Source: Planctomycetota bacterium
GTDB taxonomy: Bacteria > Planctomycetota > UBA1135 > UBA2386
Assembly: GCA_965662465.1 (NCBI GenBank)
Contig: CBFIIO010000011.1
Coordinates: 23,090-87,089 of the forward strand
DNA: 64,000 nucleotides
Reading direction: 5' to 3'
The translations under genes and the position numbers were made by a program. This document shows, piece after piece, positions 58,163 to 64,000 of the stretch; within the stretch, counting starts at the first letter, position 1; each line of letters begins with the position of its first letter. The notes under the pieces were generated by a model. The model saw nothing but the letters and a program-made list of their open reading frames with translations. It had not been told where the DNA came from and ran no database searches.

Positions 58163-59947
58163 ATGGCTCGTAAACTCAAAGGGATCGCTGCGGCGCCTGG
58201 GATTGCTATTGCTCCAGTTGTGCACTTCCACACAACGTTGGACCAGATCCCTGTATGGCAGGTCGATGACAAAGGTGTAGAGGCGGAGATTGGGCGGCTT
58301 TCGGGCGCCATATCTTCTGTCACTTCCAGCTTGCTAGAGCTGCAAAAGGAGCTTGGTGGTGCTCTCGGTAAGCACGATGTGCGCATCTACGACGCGCAGT
58401 TGGCGATTCTGCATGACCAGACATTTCGAAAAGATGTCGAGGACGCGGTGGCTCAGGAGAAGGTCAATCTTGAAGTCGCATTGCAGCATGTGATTGCGCG
58501 CTATGAATCGGTGTTTGAAGCGATGGACAACGCATCGATGCGCGAACGCGCTGCCGACCTGCGTGATATTGGCCGGCAGCTGGTTGGTGCGTTAGTCGCG
58601 AATGATCGTCAAAAGTACATTGCTGACGGCGCAGACTATTTGTTTGCCGCTGATGAGTTTTTGCCAAGTGATGCAGGCATTCTAGATCGCGCCCACATTC
58701 AGGGGATTGTCACGGCACACGGCGGAAAATATTCGCACGGTGCGATTCTTGCCCGTTCCCTTGGTATCCCCGCGATTGTTGGCGTTGACGGCTTTATGCA
58801 GGAAACGGTCAGCGGTGCGCTAGCGATTCTGGACGGTGATGCCGGGATCGTGCTGCTCGACCCTACGGCCGAGGAGCTAGCTGATTACGAACGACGCCTG
58901 CGAGAAGAACGGTCTGTTGAATCGCGCATTTCAGAGTTGCGCTTTCAGCCGTCAGTGACTCCCGATGGCACGAGTGTTCGCTTGATGGCGAATGTCGAAG
59001 GCGTTCAGGATCTGGATAACCTCGAATTAGATACGATGGCTGGCATCGGTCTCTTTCGAACGGAGTTTGCGTTCATGGAGCGCCGCCAGTTCCCCACTGA
59101 GGAGGAGCAGGTAAGTATGTATCGGCGTGCTGTCGAAAGTGCTGATGGTAAGCCGGTCACCTTTCGCGCCTTAGACGTTGGGGGTGATAAACCGCTCGGG
59201 TACTTTCAGATGCCCGGAGAGCGCAATCCGGTGCTGGGTTGGCGTGGCATTCGGCTGTGTCTGGATTGGCCCGACATCCTTTACACGCAGTTGCGCGCGA
59301 TCTTGCGAGCAAGTGCCCTGGGCCATGCACGCATTTTGCTGCCAATGATCACGACTCGTTCGGAAGTCGTTCGATGTCGCGAGGTGGTTGATCAGTTGAC
59401 TGCCGATTTGCGTGCCAACAATGTTCCATACGATGCGCGTATCGAACTCGGCGTGATGGTTGAGGTGCCGGTCTTGGTGCACGTATTGCCCGAGATCTTG
59501 CCAGTAGTCGACTTCTTGTCGGTTGGGACCAATGACTTGGTTCAATATCTGCTGGCTGTTGATCGCGACAACCAACGTGTCGCCAAGATGTACGATCCGT
59601 TTCACCCCGGGGTATTGCGGGTTCTGTCGCAAATCGCTGAGGTCGCGCGCGCGGCTGGTAAGGATGCTTCCATCTGCGGAGAAATAGCTGGGGATCACTA
59701 CTTCACGCCATTGCTGGTGGGCCTTGGTTTCCGTGAGTTGTCGATGGCGCCAGTGTTCCTGCCTCGGGTTAAGCTGATGCTGCGAAGCTTCTCTCTCGAA
59801 GAGTGTGAAGACCTGGCTGCTCGTGCGTTGGCCTTACATGCAACCAGTGCGGTACGCAAATTGGTGATGGACGAAATCCAGCCTAGGTGGGCTGCGCAGC
59901 TCGGCAGCTCAAGCGATGTGACCGACGTTGGTGGCAATTCGGCATAG
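58163..59947 (+). CDS. ptsI: PTS enzyme I (phosphoenolpyruvate-protein phosphotransferase)
   Basis: RERAADLRD, SHGAILARSLGIPA, GIGLFRTEF, DVGGDK, NPVLGWRGIR, SVGTNDL.QY, CGE; no N-terminal GAF. Confidence 0.93.
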   Translation: MARKLKGIAAAPGIAIAPVVHFHTTLDQIPVWQVDDKGVEAEIGRLSGAISSVTSSLLELQKELGGALGKHDVRIYDAQLAILHDQTFRKDVEDAVAQEKVNLEVALQHVIARYESVFEAMDNASMRERAADLRDIGRQLVGALVANDRQKYIADGADYLFAADEFLPSDAGILDRAHIQGIVTAHGGKYSHGAILARSLGIPAIVGVDGFMQETVSGALAILDGDAGIVLLDPTAEELADYERRLREERSVESRISELRFQPSVTPDGTSVRLMANVEGVQDLDNLELDTMAGIGLFRTEFAFMERRQFPTEEEQVSMYRRAVESADGKPVTFRALDVGGDKPLGYFQMPGERNPVLGWRGIRLCLDWPDILYTQLRAILRASALGHARILLPMITTRSEVVRCREVVDQLTADLRANNVPYDARIELGVMVEVPVLVHVLPEILPVVDFLSVGTNDLVQYLLAVDRDNQRVAKMYDPFHPGVLRVLSQIAEVARAAGKDASICGEIAGDHYFTPLLVGLGFRELSMAPVFLPRVKLMLRSFSLEECEDLAARALALHATSAVRKLVMDEIQPRWAAQLGSSSDVTDVGGNSA

Positions 59948-60367
59948 GTCAGCACGCGCGTCTTGACGCTTACAAGTTGTTCCGCCCAGTCGGTGGGGAG
60001 CAGCTTGCTGCGAAGAGTTTGGTCGTGCGCTGTCTGCTTGCCTGTCGGTCCAAGGCGGGTGTTTTTCGGTCGCCGGCAGTTTTCAGTAAGGCTGCTACGA
60101 AGTCATTGTGCCTAGCCGACTGCGGATTTGTGCCATGCGGATTGCGCGCAATCTGTCGCCTAGTGGCTTGCCGGTAATCCTTTGATTTGGGATGACGGCG
60201 CTCGGTGTTGGATCCTTTTCTGGGTTGAGCCACTAAAAGTGCTGATCTCAGGCCCATGTCACGCTGATGGCATTTGGCTTGACGTCGCGGGGAAATCGCA
60301 GGCGTGCGATGTTCGCCGAGCCCCGAAACTAGCTAGTGCCTCGTTGCTTTTTGCGTGTCAGAGCTTG

Positions 60368-60418
60368 TAGCAATTGTTTACACATCTTCCGTAAGCATGA
60401 GTTGGTACGGTAGTTGCA
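60368..60418 (+). promoter_or_regulatory. Sigma-54 promoter with upstream IHF-like site
   Basis: TTGGTACGGTAGTTGCA (60402-60418) vs consensus TGGCACG-N4-TTGCW; TAGCAATTGTTTA (60368-60380) at about -61 to -49. Confidence 0.65.
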
Positions 60419-60967
60419 CCATCATGGTTGGGCTCGTTGATTCATCGTAGGAATCAAGCTGCTCCTTCTGGAGCCCTGATCACAAGCAACTGTAAACAAT
60501 GGCAATAGAACTAAAAAATCTGGCTCGCAGCTGCTCCTTGCCATTGGCGGTGCGTCCTATTTATACAGAATCTCAAATCAGCGGCGGATTTGGATTTCAC
60601 GAAAGTGGCGGTCGCTCGCCAGGACGTTTGGGAGTTTCCAATGCGATCGTTTCTTCCATCGTGATGCGTCGTCCCTCCGCTTCAGCGCAGACCCTACCGA
60701 ACAGCGCTACTTGGTCCCAAGCTGGGTTAGGCGAGCTAGTGCGGCTACAAATCAATCGCAGGGTATTGATATTGCGCTTGTCCGAATCGATGATCTTGCC
60801 CTGTAGCAGCGAGGTTGGGCTTTAAGGATGCGTAACGGGCAGTTTGATATTTCCAGGTGGGAGCCCAGGTCGTTGGGCTTGGTGGGAAGTCATATGTCTC
60901 ATGAAGCTTCTTTCATGAGTTGGCCAAGCTGCAGGACCTTAGATGTCAACCGCGGAGGCAGATTCGA

Positions 60968-61906
60968 ATGAGCAATCGATTGCGCCGTGGTAATTGGTCC
61001 GTCCAAGAAATGGAGAGGCTGCGACTTTTGCTGCCCTTCCGAGGTGTCAGGCAAACGGCAGCATTGCTGCGCCGTTCTCCTGAAAGTGTGCATCGAAAGG
61101 CGCAAGCTCTGCTGCGGGTGGTGCCGCAGAAGGAGCAATGGACTGCAGTAGATGATATGCAGTTGCGCGAGGCTTGGGGTGCTCTTGAGCTTGATTTGAT
61201 GGCTGCGATGCTTGGTCGTCCAGAGAGCGAGGTTTGCAAGCGAGCCGGTGAACTGCGGGAGCGTTTGAAGTCCGGTCCCTGGACGCGCGAAGACCGCCGT
61301 TTACTTAAAAAGCTCTACGGAACCCGCGCTGACGAAGATCTCGTCGTCTCTTTGATGCGAAGCCGAAGCGATATCGTATCTGCCGCGCGGCGCATGTGTC
61401 TGGCCAAGGACAAGAAGCTACTCCTAGACGAATCTGCGCCGGACTTCGACAAGAGTGTGGATTCGGTGAGCGTTAAGTCGAAGAAGTCTAAGCGTAAGCC
61501 TCTGGATTCTAAGCGCATGCGAATGCCGCGTTGGACATCTGAAGAGATTGATCGCCTAACGTTGCTGTATCCAAACCACGACAATCTTGCAGTGGCGCGA
61601 GAGCTCGGCCGGTCAGTGACCAGTGTCGCCAATAAGGCTTTCCAGCTTCGCCTCAAGAAGAGTGCGTCGCTGCTGACGGCGATCGGCCGATCGAACATCT
61701 CCAACCGCTACACCGAGGAAGCTTTAGGCGAAGCAGAAGAGGAGACAACCATTGCCCCGGTGCAGACCGGCTCTCCAGCCAGTGCAGCTGGCCATGTCAC
61801 CGTAAATCCTGATCGCATGGATCTTCGATCGGGGCCGGTGAAGAAGTCGTTGGGGGAACAGGTCTCCGGGCGCGATGGCGAAGCAGCTGCTGAACAAGAT
61901 GGGTAA
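60968..61906 (+). CDS. Protein with four Myb/GcrA-like helix-turn-helix repeats, putative DNA-binding
   Basis: WSVQEMERL..LRRSPESV; WTAVDDMQL..LGRPESEV; WTREDRRLL..LMRSRSDI; WTSEEIDRL..LGRSVTSV. Confidence 0.75.
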   Translation: MSNRLRRGNWSVQEMERLRLLLPFRGVRQTAALLRRSPESVHRKAQALLRVVPQKEQWTAVDDMQLREAWGALELDLMAAMLGRPESEVCKRAGELRERLKSGPWTREDRRLLKKLYGTRADEDLVVSLMRSRSDIVSAARRMCLAKDKKLLLDESAPDFDKSVDSVSVKSKKSKRKPLDSKRMRMPRWTSEEIDRLTLLYPNHDNLAVARELGRSVTSVANKAFQLRLKKSASLLTAIGRSNISNRYTEEALGEAEEETTIAPVQTGSPASAAGHVTVNPDRMDLRSGPVKKSLGEQVSGRDGEAAAEQDG

Positions 61907-61995
61907 CCTGTGTGATGATTGCGGCGTAAAATCCCGGTGCTGTCGGGGTCTCGTCAAAGCTCTCAGCTAGACGTGGTCTGTATCATTTGGCGGTA

Positions 61996-62011
61996 TGGCA
62001 CGCCTTGCGCT
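61996..62011 (+). promoter_or_regulatory. Possible sigma-54 promoter for the STAS gene
   Basis: TGGCACGCCTTGCGCT: perfect -24 box and GG-N10-GC spacing, but GCGC instead of TTGC. Confidence 0.35.
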
Positions 62012-62108
62012 GTCTGATTTCCAACAGTAGCTCAACTTGTAAGGTCTTACCGGTCGATGATTGCGATGCGCTATTAGCAGCTATGCATGCGCGATTCGGA
62101 GTTACGCC

Positions 62109-62501
62109 ATGGAAATCGTTGGAAAGAAGAGTCAGGGGCTGTCGGTTACGGCCCTTAAAGATGACAAGTCAGTCCTCATTTCGTTCAACGATAGAAGCCT
62201 CAACTTCTACGTCACCGACTCCCTGAAGGAGTCGTTGAAGCAAACGATTAACGCGAAGATGGAGGAAGGTTATGAGCACTTTGTGCTCAACCTGGACAAC
62301 GTCAAGATCATCGACTCATGCGGTGTTGGTCTGATCATTGTTGCCAACAACGTGACTTCGTCCCGCTCGTGCAAACTGTACCTGAGCAACATCAAGCCGT
62401 TCATCGTCAAGAGCTTCGAGATCATGCGTATCTCTAAGCACCTTGCGATCTACACGGACGAAGATGACGCATTGCAGGCAATTAAGAGCGGTGGCGACTA
62501 A
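62109..62501 (+). CDS. STAS-domain anti-sigma-factor antagonist
   Basis: VLNLDNVKIIDSCGVG (phosphorylatable DS), IYTDEDDAL. Confidence 0.9.
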   Translation: MEIVGKKSQGLSVTALKDDKSVLISFNDRSLNFYVTDSLKESLKQTINAKMEEGYEHFVLNLDNVKIIDSCGVGLIIVANNVTSSRSCKLYLSNIKPFIVKSFEIMRISKHLAIYTDEDDALQAIKSGGD

Positions 62502-62592
62502 CGCGCGAACGCTCTGTGAGTTGTTTGGCGGCAGTGGCGAGAGGCGACCAGTCCGGTCATTTCCTGTGGCACAGGAATCATAATGTTTCGGT

Positions 62593-63678
62593 TTGTTAGG
62601 CATGATGACCATCATCACCAACATCATGGACGGCATTGTCTTAGTCGGCGCTGATGGCAACGTCGCGCTGATGAATCCGGCCGCCGAAGACCTTTTAGGC
62701 ATCAAGTCTTTTGTTGCTATTGGTAAGCCGGTCAGCTCGTTGCAGGGGCAGCAAGACCTTCTTGACGCGTTGGTTGCAGATCACGAAAAGCTTCGCGACA
62801 AGAAAGAGGTCACTCAGACCGTCGAAGTGCATGGCGGCGAGCAAGATCTGCTCTACATCAAATGCATGACCAGCTGCGTGAATGATCATCGCGGTATTGG
62901 TGCTGGCACGCTTACGGTTCTTCGTGATGTCACTGCAGAGTTCAAGACGGATCAACTCAAGAACCAATACTTGTCAATCGTCGCTCACGAGCTGCGCACG
63001 CCTCTCACGGGCATCAAGACGTTTGCGACGATGATGGCAAAGGGTGCGCTTGGCGAACTCAACGAGCGGCAAGAGCATGTCTGCGACTCAATTCGTGAAC
63101 AGTCCGTCCGTCTTGAGCACCAAATTGATAAGTTGATCAATCTTGGCAACCTTGAATCGGCCGATTACGGGCAAGACCGAGAGGTTGTCGCGATGGAAGA
63201 TTTCCTCGCCGGTATGTTGCAGCCTTTCGAGCAGCCGGCCCGTGATCGCCACATCACGCTCGCGTTCGAATGCAGCGTGGAGGATGCGCAGCTTTATATC
63301 GATCGGGCAGATCTACGACGGGCGTGTCAGGCTCTGATTGAGAATGCAATCAAGTTCGCGCCAGATAATGGCCAGGTCCACGTGTCGGTGATTGTCGATG
63401 AATCCGGTCTCCGTTTCTGCGTTGGCGATAATGGAATTGGCATCGATCCTAGATACCACGGAAGGATATTTGAGAAGTTCTTCCAAGTTGAAGACCCGCT
63501 AACCCGTCACCATGGCGGCGCTGGCTTGGGGCTTTTCGTCTCGCGCGGCATAGTTGAGGCGCACGGCAGCCAAATTGAGGTCTCCAGTCACCTAGGTCAG
63601 GGAGCCGATTTCTCCTTCATGCTTCCGATTTACCGACCCGAGCATGCTGGGTTGGTTTCGGAATCCCTAACAGATTGA
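62593..63678 (+). CDS. Cytoplasmic PAS-domain sensor histidine kinase
   Basis: DGIVLV..MNPAAE (PAS), AHELRTPL, ENAIKF, DNGIGI, GAGLGL. Confidence 0.93.
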   Translation: MLGMMTIITNIMDGIVLVGADGNVALMNPAAEDLLGIKSFVAIGKPVSSLQGQQDLLDALVADHEKLRDKKEVTQTVEVHGGEQDLLYIKCMTSCVNDHRGIGAGTLTVLRDVTAEFKTDQLKNQYLSIVAHELRTPLTGIKTFATMMAKGALGELNERQEHVCDSIREQSVRLEHQIDKLINLGNLESADYGQDREVVAMEDFLAGMLQPFEQPARDRHITLAFECSVEDAQLYIDRADLRRACQALIENAIKFAPDNGQVHVSVIVDESGLRFCVGDNGIGIDPRYHGRIFEKFFQVEDPLTRHHGGAGLGLFVSRGIVEAHGSQIEVSSHLGQGADFSFMLPIYRPEHAGLVSESLTD

Positions 63679-63692
63679 CCGAGGCTCATCAG

Positions 63693-64000
63693 ATGCAAAG
63701 AACCGTCCTAATCATCGAAGACGAGAAGTTGATTATCGTCTCCACCCAGATGGTGCTAGAGGCTGCTGGCTTCTGCGTTGAGTCTGCCACCAATGGTGAA
63801 GACGGAATCAAGCAGGCCGTCGCTCAGGCGCCTGACATGATCCTGTTGGACATTATGATGCCTGGCATCGATGGCTGGGAGACGTTGACTCGCTTGAAGG
63901 CTGATCCGGCAACAGCTGGGATTCCGGTTGTGATCTTCACGGCACGCGAGCATTCTCGGGGCCATCAGAAGAGCACCGACATGGGGGCCTCTGGTTACTT
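63693..64000 (+). CDS. Response regulator receiver domain, runs off the window end (absent from the ORF track)
   Basis: Hand translation: MQRTVLIIEDEK..APDMILLDIMMPGIDGWETL..IPVVIFTAR..GASGY. Confidence 0.92.
   Translation, partial: MQRTVLIIEDEKLIIVSTQMVLEAAGFCVESATNGEDGIKQAVAQAPDMILLDIMMPGIDGWETLTRLKADPATAGIPVVIFTAREHSRGHQKSTDMGASGY

Noticed and set aside
58057-58386. Apparent overlap of the 598-aa minus-strand ORF with ptsI
   Set aside because: The extension is the antisense reading of the ptsI 5' end; later ATGs give a normal divergent arrangement.
60499-60825. 108-aa ORF downstream of the sigma-54 site
   Set aside because: No clear RBS, Ser/Arg-rich composition and no recognisable motif; cannot be supported as a gene, though not excluded.

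Overview
GC-rich bacterial chromosomal segment carrying about 55 protein-coding genes. The gene repertoire and style suggest a Planctomycetota-like organism, but this is inference. I found no rRNA, tRNA, CRISPR array, integrase or transposase. Housekeeping genes include queG, gmhA, mdh, ETF-QO, glpD, nagA, a stand-alone fusA, mutM, mce-pccB with biotin carboxylase and carrier, and ptsI. The strongest hidden feature is an exported iodothyronine-deiodinase-like selenoprotein (5218-6105) that the ORF track splits in two. Its in-frame UGA lies in a GSYT-U-PPF motif and is followed by a hairpin whose core, GCAGGUCUGC, matches the E. coli fdhF SECIS. It sits in a run of four co-directional envelope genes: secreted ankyrin protein, FGE-fold lipoprotein, the selenoprotein, and an AlgE-like porin. 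Other notable items: a pseudo-histidine-kinase / ECF sigma / zinc-anti-sigma-TPR module; an S9 peptidase fused to a BCP peroxiredoxin; a secreted EF-hand plus PPDK-N protein; a PTPS-III-type enzyme; IHF plus sigma-54-like promoter architectures in two long intergenic regions; a hairpin-dense 0.8 kb non-coding stretch; and a Myb-like-repeat / STAS / kinase / receiver cluster at the right end. All family calls come from motifs recognised by eye, with no database searches.
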